DNA of 64,000 nt from a virus: IMG/VR virus record IMGVR_UViG_3300047462_000282, positions 49,337 to 113,336 of that record. The stretch is one strand, 5' to 3'. A program made the translations under genes and the position numbers. This document shows positions 39,224-51,795 of the stretch, one piece after another (positions within the stretch are counted from its first letter, which is position 1; the number at the start of each line of letters is the position of its first letter). Below the pieces are notes generated by a model, which searched no databases, was not told the DNA's origin, and worked only from the letters and a program-made list of their open reading frames with translations.

Positions 39224-40063
39224 ATGAAACTAGACACAATTTTAGAACTATACGATTTGATTTCTAGAGGAACGCAAAATGTTCAGTCTAGAAAACAAAC
39301 GTTTGAGTTGAGAAAATTGATCCTAACAGCCATAACTTCTGAAGATGGTTTCAAAAAATTAGCTTTTGATACTAGACGTATTGATCAAGAAGTTGAATAC
39401 ATTCCTAGACGTGGACTTCAAAATTATCACAGAAGTGAAAAGTTTGTTTCCGATGCAATGGCAAATAAAGTTTCAGCTTTTTCGAAACTAGCAAAAATGT
39501 TAAATCAGTTAAAGCTAGAATATGGTAAAGAGCCAGAATGGCAAGACAGCTATACTCGTGTTTTAGCATCTGCAGTAAGCAGAGGTTTGAGAACAGAAGA
39601 GTTAGATGGAGACTTCAGTGATTCTCAACCATCTATGGCAAGCATGGGTTATTTAGAAGAACTTATGTATGTTAGATACAGACTAACTCCAGATAATTTA
39701 ATGTCTATGTCTGAACAAGAAATGCGTACTGTGATTTTGAGCAAAGATGAAGTGCTAGTCAGAAAAGGAATGGTATCACCTTCCGCAAACATTACTCCAC
39801 AAGATGTTTCTAAGTATAGTTATGATGGTATGGTTGATAAAATGTTAGCTACAATGGCACAAGTAATGACAACTTACAAACCACCTCAGCCAGATGATAA
39901 TTTAACTACTAAACTATTTGATGTGAAAGCAACTCCAGATAGTCCAGAAATCGAGAGGACGGTCACTATTACTATCAAAGATAAAATTGTGGATTCTTCC
40001 GAGTCTCAAAGTATAAAGACATCAACTGAAAAAAGTGCTGTTCCAGAAATAATTAAGGAGTAA
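39224..40063 (+). CDS. Hypothetical protein
   Basis: 279-aa ORF. Confidence 0.55.
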   Translation: MKLDTILELYDLISRGTQNVQSRKQTFELRKLILTAITSEDGFKKLAFDTRRIDQEVEYIPRRGLQNYHRSEKFVSDAMANKVSAFSKLAKMLNQLKLEYGKEPEWQDSYTRVLASAVSRGLRTEELDGDFSDSQPSMASMGYLEELMYVRYRLTPDNLMSMSEQEMRTVILSKDEVLVRKGMVSPSANITPQDVSKYSYDGMVDKMLATMAQVMTTYKPPQPDDNLTTKLFDVKATPDSPEIERTVTITIKDKIVDSSESQSIKTSTEKSAVPEIIKE

Positions 40064-40067
40064 GGAT

Positions 40068-40667
40068 ATGGGAATGGATGAATTTGCGCCCTATCTAAAA
40101 CTAAACGGCACATTTATAGTTTTAAATCAATCTCCTCAAGTTAAGACCATTAAAATTTTCAACTATCCAATCCCTTATGGTCAAACCAGAGATTTATTAC
40201 AAATTCCTGGAGTTGCTGAACAGGATATTAGAGCGTCCTTGTTGAAGGGAGAGCTACAACATAAAATTCTTGCCCAAGATATTGTAATTGTAAGCAGCGA
40301 TATTGACTTGTTGCAGTTTAATGATGATCAGAAACAATTTTTGCGTAATGCCGGTATTGTTGATGGCTTGCAAGTCACTTCCACAAACTTTGCAGTTCTA
40401 AGAAAAGAAGATATCCAATTAATGGGAAATGTAGATGGAATCAATACTGTCTTTAGTATTCCTTCTGGTACTTTTATTGAGAACCCTACCTACAATATCA
40501 TAGTTTATAAAAACGGAGTCAAGCAAGTTTTTGCTGATGACTATTTCATTGCTGAAAGTGGAGGACCTGGTACAGGCTACGACACAGTAATCATGGTTGT
40601 ACCACCTACAACTACGCCTGCACCAGTAGACGTTATTACTGCTGACTACTATGTATTTAATCCATAA
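40068..40667 (+). CDS. Hypothetical probable structural protein (possible fibre base or adaptor)
   Basis: 199 aa; beta-rich C-terminus IVYKNGVKQ..DDY; directly precedes the collagen gene. Confidence 0.5.
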   Translation: MGMDEFAPYLKLNGTFIVLNQSPQVKTIKIFNYPIPYGQTRDLLQIPGVAEQDIRASLLKGELQHKILAQDIVIVSSDIDLLQFNDDQKQFLRNAGIVDGLQVTSTNFAVLRKEDIQLMGNVDGINTVFSIPSGTFIENPTYNIIVYKNGVKQVFADDYFIAESGGPGTGYDTVIMVVPPTTTPAPVDVITADYYVFNP

Positions 40668-40677
40668 GGTCTAAATA

Positions 40678-43600
40678 ATGAGTAAAATAAACGCCAGCCA
40701 AATCAAAGGAGTGCCATCAGGTTCTGATGGTGGCGGCGGTGTTTCGTCTGGAATTTACGTTCTAAATAACGGTGTTACTCTCGGACTATTTGATTCAATC
40801 AATTTTCATGGTAATGGTGTAACCACTGTTGGAACAGGCATTACTGCTGATATTCTAATTAACACCTCAGCAACTGGTACTGCAGGACCTCAGGGACCTA
40901 CAGGTCCAACAGGTCCTGCTGGTGCAACCGGACCTACCGGACCTCAAGGTCCAACTGGATCAATCGGTCCAACAGGAACTATTGGTGCTACAGGACCAAC
41001 AGGTCCTCAAGGTCCAACCGGAACTATAGGAGCTACGGGTCCTACAGGACCGCAAGGTCCAACAGGAAGTGTTGGTACTACGGGAGCACAAGGTCCAACT
41101 GGATCAATCGGTCCAACAGGAACTATAGGAGCTACTGGACCTACAGGACCTCAAGGTCCAACAGGAAGTGTTGGTACTACGGGAGCACAAGGTCCAACTG
41201 GATCAATCGGTCCAACAGGAACTATAGGAGCTACTGGACCTACAGGATCTCAAGGTCCAACCGGAACTATTGGTGCTACAGGACCAACAGGAAGTGTTGG
41301 AGCAACCGGACCTACAGGTCCTGCGGGAGCAACTGGTCCTCAAGGTGCAACAGGTCCTGCTGGTGTCAATGCTTTTTCTAATACGCCAACATTCATTCAG
41401 CCACTAGTTGGAACTACTGTTATTATTAGTATCGCAACCGGAATTGGTTGGGCACAAAATCAACAAACAGTCTTCGTATCTGGTGGTGGTTATTATCAAA
41501 TAGCAACTGCTGCAGGCGCAACACTTACTCTCCAAAATCTTGGTTATCAAGGAAATGCACCAGTTGGTAGTGCAATCAATCCAGCATTCTTATCACCAGC
41601 AGGTATCGCAGGACCAACAGGATTAACTGGAGCTACAGGTCCTGGAGGTCCACAAGGAGCAACAGGTCCAACTGGTCCTCAAGGTCCAACTGGCGCACAA
41701 GGTCCAACTGGTCCAGCTGGTGGCGGCTCACAAGGATCACCGGGTCCTACAGGAGCGCCAGGAATCAATGCTTATTCTACTTCGGCAGGCTTCACTCAGC
41801 CAGCTGTTGGTGCAGCAATAGCTATTCAAGTCCCAAGCGGCTACTGGATGCAACAAGGTCAATATGTCTTTATCCCAAGTGGTGGATACTATGTTGTAGC
41901 CTCTGGAAGTGTACCAACCTTCTCGATACAAAACTTAGGTTATTCTGGCGTTAACATTCCAGTTGGTAGTACTGTTGCAGCCGCCTTTATTTCTCCAGGA
42001 GGAGTAGCAGGAGCGACGGGAGCAACTGGTATACAAGGAACTACGGGTCCTACAGGTCCTCAAGGACCAACTGGCACCATTGGAGCAACAGGTCCTACTG
42101 GTCCTCAAGGCGCTACAGGACCAACAGGTCCTCAAGGTCCAACCGGCTCAATAGGCACTACAGGACCAACTGGTCCGCAAGGTCCAACTGGAACTATAGG
42201 CACTACAGGTCCAACAGGTCCTCAAGGTCCAACTGGAACTATAGGTGCTACAGGACCAACTGGTCCGCAAGGAGCTACAGGACCAACAGGTCCTCAAGGT
42301 CCAACTGGAACTATAGGTGCTACAGGACCAACAGGTCCTCAAGGTCCAACTGGAACTATAGGTGCTACAGGACCAACTGGTCCGCAAGGAGCTACAGGAC
42401 CAACAGGTCCTCAAGGTCCAACCGGCTCAATAGGCACTACGGGACCAACAGGTCCTCAAGGTCCAACAGGCACTATAGGCGCCACAGGACCAACGGGTGC
42501 ACCAGGTATCAATGCTTACTCTACTTCGGCAGGATTTACTCAACCTGCAGTAGGTGCAGCTATTGCTATTCAGATTCCATCTGCCTATTGGATGCAGGCT
42601 GGTCAATATGTATTTATTCCATCTGGCGGTTATTACACAGTAGCTTCTGGATCTGTGCCAACATTTAGTTTACAGAATCTTGGATATTCTGGCGTCAACA
42701 TTCCAGTCGGATCTACAGTCGCTGCTGCCTTTGTATCACCTGGAGGAGTTGCAGGCGCTACTGGCGTAACAGGATCTCAAGGTCCAACCGGAACTATTGG
42801 TGCGACAGGACCTACAGGACCTCAAGGTCCAACAGGAACTATTGGTGCGACAGGACCTATTGGTGCGACAGGACCTACAGGACCTCAAGGTCCAACCGGA
42901 ACTATAGGAGCTACGGGTCCTACAGGACCTCAAGGTCCAACAGGCACTATCGGCGCTACTGGTCCTACAGGACCTCAAGGTCCAACCGGAACCATTGGAG
43001 CTACAGGTCCTACAGGACCTCAAGGTCCAACAGGAACTATTGGTGCTACAGGTCCTACAGGACCTCAAGGTCCAACGGGAACTATAGGAGCTACTGGACC
43101 TACCGGACCTCAAGGTCCAACCGGAACTATAGGAGCTACGGGTCCTACAGGACCTCAAGGTCCAACAGGCACTATCGGCGCTACTGGTCCTACAGGACCT
43201 CAAGGTCCAACAGGCACTATCGGCGCTACTGGTCCTACAGGACCTCAAGGTCCAACGGGAACTATTGGTGCGACAGGACCTACTGGACCTCAGGGTCCAA
43301 CAGGATCTGTTGGTCCAACTGGATCAATTGGAGCAACCGGACCAACTGGAGCGCCAGGCATTAATGCATACTCTACTTCTGCAGGTTTCACTCAACCTGC
43401 TGTTGGAGCTGCAATTGCAATTCAAGTGCCAAGTGGTTATTGGATGCAGCAAGGTCAATATGTATTTATCCCTTCTGGTGGATATTATGTTGTTGCTTCT
43501 GGCAGTGTGCCAACCTTCTCGCTACAGAATTTAGGTTACTCTGGTGTAAATATTCCGGTAGGATCCACAGTTGCTGCTGCGTTTGTTTCTCCAGGAGGAG

Positions 43601-46600
43601 TAGCAGGAGCTACTGGCGTAACGGGTCCAACTGGACCTCAAGGTCCAACCGGAACTATTGGTGCGACAGGACCTACAGGACCACAAGGTCCAACAGGAAG
43701 TGTTGGTGCAACAGGTCCTACAGGACCTCAGGGTCCAACAGGAACTATTGGTGCGACAGGACCTACAGGACCACAAGGTCCAACAGGAACTATAGGAGCT
43801 ACTGGACCTACTGGACCTCAAGGTCCAACTGGCACTATCGGCGCTACAGGACCTACAGGACCACAAGGTCCAACTGGCACTATAGGAGCTACTGGACCTA
43901 CTGGACCTCAAGGTCCAACCGGAACTATAGGAGCTACTGGACCTACAGGACCTCAAGGTCCAACCGGAACTATAGGAGCTACTGGACCTACAGGACCTCA
44001 AGGTCCAACAGGAAGTGTTGGTGCAACAGGTCCTACCGGACCTCAGGGTCCAACAGGAAGTGTTGGTGCAACAGGTCCTACCGGACCTCAGGGTCCAACT
44101 GGCACTATCGGCGCTACTGGACCTACCGGACCTCAGGGTCCAACAGGAAGTGTTGGTGCAACAGGTAATCCGGGAATAAACGCTTACTCTACTTCTGCAG
44201 GTTTCACTCAACCAGCTGTAGGTGCAGCTATAGCAATACAAGTTCCATCTGCTTATTGGTTGCAAGTTGGACAGCACGTCTTCATTGCTTCTGGAGGCGC
44301 TTATGTAGTAGTCTCGGGTGCAGTGCCAACTTTCTCTATTCAAAATCTTGGACTATCTGGCGTAAACATTCCTGTAGGCAGTACAGTTGCTGCATCATTT
44401 GTTTCTCCTGATGGTATCCCTGGCGTTACCGGCGTAACAGGTCCTCAAGGACCAACTGGCACCATAGGTGCTACAGGTCCAACAGGTCCTGCTGGTGCAA
44501 CCGGCTCAATAGGCACTACAGGTCCAACAGGTCCTCAAGGACCAACTGGCAGCGTTGGAGCAACAGGTCCAACAGGTCCTGCTGGTGCAACCGGCTCAAT
44601 AGGCACTACAGGTCCAACAGGTCCTCAAGGACCAATTGGCACCATAGGTGCTACAGGCAACCCAGGTATTAATGCTTATTCAACCTCTGCTGGTTTCACA
44701 CAGCCTGCTGTTGGTGCTGCTATAGCAATTCAGATTCCTTCTGCTTATTGGCTGCAGGTAGGACAATATGTTTTTATCGCAAGTGGTGGAGCTTATGTAG
44801 TAGCATCAGGTGCAGTTCCAACCTTCTCGATTCAGAATCTTGGATTGTCTGGTGTAAACATTCCTGTAGGCAGTACAGTTGCTGCAAGCTTTGTATCCCC
44901 AGACGGGATACCAGGAGTAACTGGTGTAACAGGTCCACAGGGACCAACTGGAACCATTGGAGCTACAGGTCCTACAGGACCTCAAGGTCCAACAGGAACT
45001 ATTGGTGCGACAGGACCTACAGGACCACAAGGTCCAACTGGCACTATCGGCGCTACAGGACCTACAGGACCACAAGGTCCAACTGGCACTATAGGAGCTA
45101 CTGGACCTACTGGACCTCAAGGTCCAACCGGAACTATAGGAGCTACTGGACCTACCGGACCTCAGGGTCCAACAGGAAGTGTTGGTGCAACAGGACCTAC
45201 TGGACCTCAAGGTCCAACAGGAAGTGTTGGTGCAACAGGTAATCCGGGAATAAACGCTTACTCTACTTCTGCAGGTTTCACTCAACCAGCTGTAGGTGCA
45301 GCTATAGCAATACAAGTTCCTTCCGCATATTGGATGCAGATTGGTCAATATGTGTTCATTCCATCTGGCGGCGCTTATGTTGTCGCATCTGGTTCTGTTC
45401 CAACATTCAGTTTGCAGAATCTTGGAATCAGCGGAGTTAATATTCCTGTTGGAAGTTTGGTATCTGCAGCCTTTATATCTCCAGATGGTGTACCAGGAGT
45501 AACTGGCGTAACAGGTCCACAAGGACCAACTGGAACCATTGGAGCTACAGGACCTACAGGACCACAAGGTCCAACCGGAACTATAGGAGCTACTGGACCT
45601 ACAGGACCTCAAGGTCCAACAGGAACTATTGGTGCGACAGGACCTACTGGACCTCAAGGTCCAACAGGAACTATAGGAGCTACGGGTCCTACAGGACCTC
45701 AAGGTCCAACAGGAACTATTGGTGCGACAGGACCTACAGGACCACAAGGTCCAACAGGAACTATAGGAGCTACGGGTCCTACAGGACCACAAGGTCCAAC
45801 CGGAACTATAGGAGCTACTGGACCTACAGGACCTCAAGGTCCAACCGGAACTATTGGTGCGACAGGACCTACTGGACCTCAAGGTCCAACAGGAACTATA
45901 GGAGCTACGGGTCCTACAGGACCACAAGGTCCAACTGGCACTATCGGCGCTACAGGACCTACAGGACCACAAGGTCCAACTGGCACTATCGGCGCTACAG
46001 GACCTACAGGACCTCAAGGTCCAACAGGACCTCAGGGAGCTACGGGACCTCAAGGACCTGCCGGTACTCCTGGCTCGTTATTAACTAACGTTCCTTCGGG
46101 TTTCGTTTCTCCTGTTCTATCAATCCACATTTTGGGTGATAATTATAATGCCGCACCTACTGGACCAAACTTCTTAGATACATATCTTGTTGCTTCTGGT
46201 GCTACAGGTGGTTGGACTGGAATGGATGGACATTTACTTCAGTTCGGTTATTCTGCAGTAGGCGCCTCTGGATGGACCGATATTACTGGGTCTATAATTC
46301 AGACCGGTCAAATTTTTGTTATTGGAGCCACTGGTCCAAGAGGAAATCCTACATCATATTTACCAACTGGTTCATTTGCTAACAAAACGGGACAAATTGT
46401 TCAGATGAACAGCAATGCACCTGGTGCGTCCTATACTTTCATGGTTCCAACAACTGGTGTTCAAGTAATGGTTGCGGGACAGAATGCAGTGTCACAAGAT
46501 TTTGGATATGTATACGATGCAACGAACGGCGGTTGGAGAAAGCCACAAACAATGGCTTATTACTCTAATATTAAGACTGCCAACTATACTATTAACGTTA

Positions 46601-47454
46601 ATGATTATTTGATTGCAGTCGGACCATTGACACAAGCAATTACAATTACATTGCCAGATAATCCAACTATTGGAGATACCTATGGTGTTAAGGATGCTTT
46701 GGGTAGCGCTAGAACATTCAATATTACTGTTTCTGGTAACGGAAAAAATATTGATGCAGCTACCACATTCGTGATCACTAAACCGTATGCATCTTATTAC
46801 TTTGGTTACAATGGAACTCAATGGGGAATTGTAAGTGACTATGGTGTAGCAACTACCAGCGTGCCTATTTATGCTGGCGGCTCTCTTATAAATGCTGGAA
46901 CTGCTAACATTAACTTGCTTGGTGGATTGTTAGGTACAACCGGTCCAGCAAATACCATTAATATAAACTCCCTAAATGATTTCGTTCAAGTTGGTGTAAC
47001 TGGTGCTAACTTAAATGCTTCTGGTGCAGGAGCATCTGGTGGTATGATTCAATGGAATAGCGCGCAATATCTTCAAGGATTACTTGGACATACTACTATT
47101 GGAACGGCAGCAGGATGGATTACTGTTCAAAAATCTGGATACTGGGAAGTTAACTATAGTGTTGCTTTTACTGGAATGCCAAGTGGAGTAGCAGTTGAAG
47201 TTACACAATTCTTAGGAGCTACTGGTGGAAACGGACAATTTGGATATGGATCAGGAACTCCAATTGCGCAATCTCTTGCTTATTTAACTAATACTTCAAA
47301 TACAAATGTTCAATCACTAGATAAAAGCTACATAGTATATATTCCTTCTGGAACTAGTATTGAAACATATTATAGAAAAGTTGGTGCAGCTATCGCTACT
47401 GGATTAGCCGTATCACCAACTGGAAGCATGTTCTTCTTACAGTGTGTTGGCTAA
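40678..47454 (+). CDS. 2258-aa collagen-like fibre protein
   Basis: Long Gly-X-Y arrays (GPT, GPQ, GTI, GAT); seven interspersed ~83-aa domains; fibre-type [12 protein letters not shown] domain; C1q/BclA-like terminal beta domain. Confidence 0.9.
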   Translation: MSKINASQIKGVPSGSDGGGGVSSGIYVLNNGVTLGLFDSINFHGNGVTTVGTGITADILINTSATGTAGPQGPTGPTGPAGATGPTGPQGPTGSIGPTGTIGATGPTGPQGPTGTIGATGPTGPQGPTGSVGTTGAQGPTGSIGPTGTIGATGPTGPQGPTGSVGTTGAQGPTGSIGPTGTIGATGPTGSQGPTGTIGATGPTGSVGATGPTGPAGATGPQGATGPAGVNAFSNTPTFIQPLVGTTVIISIATGIGWAQNQQTVFVSGGGYYQIATAAGATLTLQNLGYQGNAPVGSAINPAFLSPAGIAGPTGLTGATGPGGPQGATGPTGPQGPTGAQGPTGPAGGGSQGSPGPTGAPGINAYSTSAGFTQPAVGAAIAIQVPSGYWMQQGQYVFIPSGGYYVVASGSVPTFSIQNLGYSGVNIPVGSTVAAAFISPGGVAGATGATGIQGTTGPTGPQGPTGTIGATGPTGPQGATGPTGPQGPTGSIGTTGPTGPQGPTGTIGTTGPTGPQGPTGTIGATGPTGPQGATGPTGPQGPTGTIGATGPTGPQGPTGTIGATGPTGPQGATGPTGPQGPTGSIGTTGPTGPQGPTGTIGATGPTGAPGINAYSTSAGFTQPAVGAAIAIQIPSAYWMQAGQYVFIPSGGYYTVASGSVPTFSLQNLGYSGVNIPVGSTVAAAFVSPGGVAGATGVTGSQGPTGTIGATGPTGPQGPTGTIGATGPIGATGPTGPQGPTGTIGATGPTGPQGPTGTIGATGPTGPQGPTGTIGATGPTGPQGPTGTIGATGPTGPQGPTGTIGATGPTGPQGPTGTIGATGPTGPQGPTGTIGATGPTGPQGPTGTIGATGPTGPQGPTGTIGATGPTGPQGPTGSVGPTGSIGATGPTGAPGINAYSTSAGFTQPAVGAAIAIQVPSGYWMQQGQYVFIPSGGYYVVASGSVPTFSLQNLGYSGVNIPVGSTVAAAFVSPGGVAGATGVTGPTGPQGPTGTIGATGPTGPQGPTGSVGATGPTGPQGPTGTIGATGPTGPQGPTGTIGATGPTGPQGPTGTIGATGPTGPQGPTGTIGATGPTGPQGPTGTIGATGPTGPQGPTGTIGATGPTGPQGPTGSVGATGPTGPQGPTGSVGATGPTGPQGPTGTIGATGPTGPQGPTGSVGATGNPGINAYSTSAGFTQPAVGAAIAIQVPSAYWLQVGQHVFIASGGAYVVVSGAVPTFSIQNLGLSGVNIPVGSTVAASFVSPDGIPGVTGVTGPQGPTGTIGATGPTGPAGATGSIGTTGPTGPQGPTGSVGATGPTGPAGATGSIGTTGPTGPQGPIGTIGATGNPGINAYSTSAGFTQPAVGAAIAIQIPSAYWLQVGQYVFIASGGAYVVASGAVPTFSIQNLGLSGVNIPVGSTVAASFVSPDGIPGVTGVTGPQGPTGTIGATGPTGPQGPTGTIGATGPTGPQGPTGTIGATGPTGPQGPTGTIGATGPTGPQGPTGTIGATGPTGPQGPTGSVGATGPTGPQGPTGSVGATGNPGINAYSTSAGFTQPAVGAAIAIQVPSAYWMQIGQYVFIPSGGAYVVASGSVPTFSLQNLGISGVNIPVGSLVSAAFISPDGVPGVTGVTGPQGPTGTIGATGPTGPQGPTGTIGATGPTGPQGPTGTIGATGPTGPQGPTGTIGATGPTGPQGPTGTIGATGPTGPQGPTGTIGATGPTGPQGPTGTIGATGPTGPQGPTGTIGATGPTGPQGPTGTIGATGPTGPQGPTGTIGATGPTGPQGPTGTIGATGPTGPQGPTGPQGATGPQGPAGTPGSLLTNVPSGFVSPVLSIHILGDNYNAAPTGPNFLDTYLVASGATGGWTGMDGHLLQFGYSAVGASGWTDITGSIIQTGQIFVIGATGPRGNPTSYLPTGSFANKTGQIVQMNSNAPGASYTFMVPTTGVQVMVAGQNAVSQDFGYVYDATNGGWRKPQTMAYYSNIKTANYTINVNDYLIAVGPLTQAITITLPDNPTIGDTYGVKDALGSARTFNITVSGNGKNIDAATTFVITKPYASYYFGYNGTQWGIVSDYGVATTSVPIYAGGSLINAGTANINLLGGLLGTTGPANTININSLNDFVQVGVTGANLNASGAGASGGMIQWNSAQYLQGLLGHTTIGTAAGWITVQKSGYWEVNYSVAFTGMPSGVAVEVTQFLGATGGNGQFGYGSGTPIAQSLAYLTNTSNTNVQSLDKSYIVYIPSGTSIETYYRKVGAAIATGLAVSPTGSMFFLQCVG
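40885..46070 (+). repeat. Collagen tandem repeats (45-nt unit encoding [15 protein letters not shown]) interrupted by seven copies of an ~250-nt domain
   Basis: Domain copies start at about 41362, 41761, 42505, 43357, 44173, 44665 and 45247 ([17 protein letters not shown]...; the first copy is more divergent). Confidence 0.9.
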
Positions 47455-47515
47455 TTAATATTTATAGGTATAATTAAATATATTAATTTAAGCTACCAAT
47501 CGAGCGGGAGATTAC

Positions 47516-48295
47516 ATGCCATTTACAACTGTTTATTTTTCAAGCCACGGAACTTGGACTTGTCCAGGAGGAATAACTAATGTTTTAGTAGTTGGAGCTG
47601 GAGGTGCAGGAGGAGGCGGCGGCGGCTCCTCAGCCTGGGGCGGCGGCGGCGGTGGTGGCGCTGCCTTACAACAATCTGACTATTTATCAGTTACTTCTGG
47701 GAAAGTTTATACTATCAACATTGGGGCAGGAGGAGCTGGCGGATATTATGATGGAAGTAATTTATTCAGTGGCTATGGGGGAGACGGATATTCTACTACA
47801 ATAGTTAACTCACTTTCCGTCATAAGATTCAATGCGTTGGGTGGTGGTGGTGCTGGATCAGAAACTCAAGATTATAGTTTATCACCAATGTATGGTGGAA
47901 CGCCATTTGCAAAATCTAATGGTTTTGATACCTATATTAAAAGTGTAATATCAGCTGGCGGCGAAACATTTTATACTTTTCCTGGCAGCGGCGGCGCTGG
48001 CAGTAGCCTTATTTCTGGAATTGGCTCAGCACCAAGCGTTAATGGAATGATGAATTTTCTTGGTACATTTGCAGCTGGTATGGGTGGACATGACGGAGGC
48101 TGTTACGGTGGCGGTGGTGGTGCAGGTCCTAAAGGTATTGGTGGAAATGGCGGCGCAGGAATTACTAATGGTAATGGCATCGATGCAGCATCAAACAGCA
48201 GTGCAGGCGGCGGCGGTGCAGGAAGCGACGGAACTACGCTAATTGGCGGCAAAGGCGGAAATGGTGGTTCAGGTTATCTTTATCTTATTTACTAA
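47516..48295 (+). CDS. Glycine-rich protein, probably fibre-associated
   Basis: FSSHGTWTCPGGITNVLVVGAGGAGGGGGG...GGNGGSGYLYLIY is a typical phage glycine-rich domain. Confidence 0.7.
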   Translation: MPFTTVYFSSHGTWTCPGGITNVLVVGAGGAGGGGGGSSAWGGGGGGGAALQQSDYLSVTSGKVYTINIGAGGAGGYYDGSNLFSGYGGDGYSTTIVNSLSVIRFNALGGGGAGSETQDYSLSPMYGGTPFAKSNGFDTYIKSVISAGGETFYTFPGSGGAGSSLISGIGSAPSVNGMMNFLGTFAAGMGGHDGGCYGGGGGAGPKGIGGNGGAGITNGNGIDAASNSSAGGGGAGSDGTTLIGGKGGNGGSGYLYLIY

Positions 48296-48390
48296 ATAGA
48301 ACAGACAGTCCGATACAATTGGTAAGCGCTTAATTTTGATGATATAATACATTATATCGGACTGACTCTATTTCATAATCAAGGAAAGAT

Positions 48391-51300
48391 ATGCCTAAAG
48401 CCAATGTAAGTGTCTGCATCATCGTTAAAAACGAGCCCCTTTTAGAAAATTGTCTAAAATCTATTCGTGATTATGTGGAAGAAATTGTAATAGTAGATAC
48501 TGGCTCTACTGACAATACCCCAGAAGTTGCTAAGAGATACGCGAATATTTTTGAAGTTTATAGAGACTGTAATGATCCTCAAACAGGATTAATTGCAAAT
48601 TTTTCTAAGGCACGTCAGCGCTCTTTTGATTTAGCAACCAAAAAATGGGTTATGTGGGCTGATGCTGATGATACTATTGTTGGAATTGAAAATTTACATC
48701 AAATAATTGAAGATTTCGAAAAATCTAATTCAGAATTAGATGCAATTTCTTATTTATTTCCATATGAGTATGCATATGATGCAAATAATCGATGTACATG
48801 TTTACATTACAGAGAAAGAGTATTCTCTAATAAGAAGTTTTTCCGATGGCTTGGACCAGTGCATGAAGTTGCTGTACCAAATGAGGGCGCTAGAGTTTCT
48901 TTAGTTACTAGAGAAGATATTATATGGAAACATAATCGTCAATATAGTCCAAAAGCGCCAGAGCCCGGTCGTAATCTACGTATTTTAAGAAAATATTTTG
49001 AGGAAGTTGGTGGCAGTGATGCTCGCCAAATGTATTATCTTGGTCTTGAGTGCTGTAATGCTGGATTAATCGATGAAGCCATTGGTCATCTTTCAAAGTA
49101 TGTAGATATTTCTGGATGGGACGACGAGCGCGCCATGGCATGCCTAAAGTTAGTAGATATTTACTATGCTAGAGGTGATTGGGAAAATGGGCTCAAGTGG
49201 GCATTCAAAACTGTTGCTATTCAAGAAAATTGGGGTGAGGGTTATTTCGCTTTAGCTAAAATGTTTTATCACTTAGCATCAGCTGGAGGACCCAATGAAA
49301 GAAGAAATTGGGAGCGCTGCGTTCATTTTGCAAGAACTGGTCTAAGATTGCCTCCTACCAAAACTTTATTGTTTGTCAATCCAAATGAAAGAGAAGTTGA
49401 CATACATAAATACTTAAATTTAGCACTTAATAAGATAGGTGATGTCAAAGCTGCTCTGGCTAGTGTTATGATTGCCTTGCAAAAGCAACCTAATGACACA
49501 ATGTTGGCTAACAACAGAAAATTATATGAAGATTTCTTGGCACGCCAAGAAATCGTTAAGTTTCTTGGAGCTATGAGGGACAACGGTACGATAAATCAAG
49601 CCTCAGTTGAAGCTGTTTCTGCCATCATAAACAATCTTCCAGTGCCTGGTAATTTGATAAATAGTACGCCTCCAACTGGTAGCACTCCAGTTGTTGTAGA
49701 TAATCAGTTTCCAATAGCTGGCACAACCTCTAATGGACAAGAGTGGGCTATCCCGAACACATATGATTTTTCTGGTTTCCCAATTAAGATGACAGATGAA
49801 CAGCTGCAAGCAGCAGTCATCATGATTTGGAAACAATACATGTTACATGATGAAGTGTTGTCAGCCATTTCATTCTTAGAAAATGCGCCATATAATGTAC
49901 GCCACTCGGTTGCAACAGAGAAAGCCCTAAGTCTTACTAAGGGATGTCTCGAATGGATGGGAACAGACGAAGCATTTGAGAAAGTGAACTCTCCAGGTTT
50001 AGATAGAGAGGCTGGAACTCCATTACCACTTCAATTAAGAGATTCTGCCGAAGCACATCGTTTTGATTTGATGATGGCTCATATGAAGCCAAGTTCCTCA
50101 ATAGTAGACTTTGGTAGCATGGATGGCTGTTTCACAAACCGTTATGGCATGGCAGGACACAAACCAGTTGGATTAGATGGCTGTGATCACACGGTCAAAT
50201 TAGCCAATAGAAAGGCGGCTGAATTCAACACTGGTGCGCAACACATTCACACCTATTTTAGTGAGGCAGAGAATAAGGTTCCTGCACATTCTTTCGATTA
50301 CGCAACAAGTACTGATACCTATGAGCACATAAAAGACCCAGTAAAAGAAATGTTTGTTCCTGCCAAGAAAATGCTCAAGGAAGATGGTACATTTTTGCTT
50401 GCAACGCCATATGGTGCGTGGATGCGTGGACAATATATCCCTTGGGCACATCCTTGGAATTGGACGCATACCGGAGAGAGCTGGCTGAAAGTCACTCCAA
50501 GAGCACACTTAATTGCCCCTACACCTTGGACAGTTGCTGCTGATTTCCAAAAGGCAGGTTATTGGGTCAAAAATAGTTATGCTGACTTGTGTGCAGATAG
50601 CTTTAAGAGTGTCGAGGATCAGGGAAACATTTTCGCAGAGGCTTGCGTTAAGCCGCCATCAAACTATCCTGGACTTGATATCGTATTCTTCATCGGTGAT
50701 GGAGTTGAGCAGTGGACACCAGAAACAGTTAAGAAAACTGGCATTGGTGGCAGCGAACTAATGGCTATAGAAATGACTAAACGTTTAGCAGCGCTGGGTC
50801 ACAAAGTTAGGGCATATAATAGCTGCGGCAAAAATGGAGAAGGAATTTATGATGGTGTCGAATATAGATTCACTAACAAGTTCCAAGATCTTAAGTGTGA
50901 CGTACTAGTTGTGTCTCGCCGCGCCGATATGTTGGATGATAAATACAACATCCAAGCCAGCCTAAAGTTACTTTGGGTTCATGATGTATTTGCAATCAAT
51001 GCATCTAATAAATTACTACTAAAGGCAGATAAGATTCTTGCCCTTTCAGAATGGCATAAGCAATTTCTGATTAGTTATCATAATGTTCATCCAGAACACA
51101 TCTTAGTAACTAGAAATGGTATTAATTTGTCTAGATTTGAAAAGTCCGTTCCAAGAAACAGATTCAAAACTGTTAATTCTAGTAGTCCAGATAGATCTTG
51201 GCCAGTTCTATTAGATGTTTGGCCAGAAATTAAAGCAAAAGTTCCTCAAGCCGAATTACACTTGTATTATGGTTTCAAAAATTGGGAATTTTCAGCTCAA

Positions 51301-51795
51301 TATCAGCCAGGACATATGGATTTGATTAATAGATTAAAACAACAAATAAAGGATTTGGAAGGTCAAGGAGTTGTCTATCATGATAGAGTGACCCAGGAAA
51401 AATTGGCAGAAGAATTCCTGTCTGCTGGCGCATGGATTTATCCAACTTGGTTCTCCGAGACCTCTTGTATTACTGGAATGGAAGTCCAAGCAGCTGGTTT
51501 AAGACCTATTACATCAAGCATTGCTGCGCTTAATGAAACCATTGCTGATAGGGGTGTTAGAATTGATGGGGATTGGACCACACCAGAGTATAAGAAAAAG
51601 TTTGTAGATTCTGTAGTTGCAGCACTTCAAAAGGAAGACAATAGCGACCGAGTTGCACTTCAACAATATGCTAAAGAACATTTTAGCCTGGATATATTAG
51701 CATCAGACTGGGGAAAGATGTTTGAACAGTTAATAGATTCTAAAAAATCTAATCCTGTCATTCCATATCAACCAACGAAAGAGTATACGAAATGA
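48391..51795 (+). CDS. Multidomain glycosyltransferase: GT2 + TPR + SAM methyltransferase + GT-B (GT4-like)
   Basis: VCIIVKNE, IVDTGSTD, WADADD; TPR-like QMYYLGLEC; IVDFGSMDG; SSSPDRS and YPTWFSETSCITGMEVQAAG. Confidence 0.85.
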   Translation: MPKANVSVCIIVKNEPLLENCLKSIRDYVEEIVIVDTGSTDNTPEVAKRYANIFEVYRDCNDPQTGLIANFSKARQRSFDLATKKWVMWADADDTIVGIENLHQIIEDFEKSNSELDAISYLFPYEYAYDANNRCTCLHYRERVFSNKKFFRWLGPVHEVAVPNEGARVSLVTREDIIWKHNRQYSPKAPEPGRNLRILRKYFEEVGGSDARQMYYLGLECCNAGLIDEAIGHLSKYVDISGWDDERAMACLKLVDIYYARGDWENGLKWAFKTVAIQENWGEGYFALAKMFYHLASAGGPNERRNWERCVHFARTGLRLPPTKTLLFVNPNEREVDIHKYLNLALNKIGDVKAALASVMIALQKQPNDTMLANNRKLYEDFLARQEIVKFLGAMRDNGTINQASVEAVSAIINNLPVPGNLINSTPPTGSTPVVVDNQFPIAGTTSNGQEWAIPNTYDFSGFPIKMTDEQLQAAVIMIWKQYMLHDEVLSAISFLENAPYNVRHSVATEKALSLTKGCLEWMGTDEAFEKVNSPGLDREAGTPLPLQLRDSAEAHRFDLMMAHMKPSSSIVDFGSMDGCFTNRYGMAGHKPVGLDGCDHTVKLANRKAAEFNTGAQHIHTYFSEAENKVPAHSFDYATSTDTYEHIKDPVKEMFVPAKKMLKEDGTFLLATPYGAWMRGQYIPWAHPWNWTHTGESWLKVTPRAHLIAPTPWTVAADFQKAGYWVKNSYADLCADSFKSVEDQGNIFAEACVKPPSNYPGLDIVFFIGDGVEQWTPETVKKTGIGGSELMAIEMTKRLAALGHKVRAYNSCGKNGEGIYDGVEYRFTNKFQDLKCDVLVVSRRADMLDDKYNIQASLKLLWVHDVFAINASNKLLLKADKILALSEWHKQFLISYHNVHPEHILVTRNGINLSRFEKSVPRNRFKTVNSSSPDRSWPVLLDVWPEIKAKVPQAELHLYYGFKNWEFSAQYQPGHMDLINRLKQQIKDLEGQGVVYHDRVTQEKLAEEFLSAGAWIYPTWFSETSCITGMEVQAAGLRPITSSIAALNETIADRGVRIDGDWTTPEYKKKFVDSVVAALQKEDNSDRVALQQYAKEHFSLDILASDWGKMFEQLIDSKKSNPVIPYQPTKEYTK

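Noticed and set aside
41737-46053. Long alternative-frame and antisense ORFs (for example 44806..46053, 415 aa) in the collagen gene
   Set aside because: They are shadows of the stop-poor Gly-Pro-Thr codon repeats; their Arg/Ser/Cys/Trp-rich translations have no start signals.
40885-46070. Regularly spaced repeats resembling a CRISPR array or a DGR template/variable pair
   Set aside because: The repeats are in-frame coding units with synonymous variation and no unique spacers; no cas or reverse transcriptase gene is present and differences are not adenine-specific.
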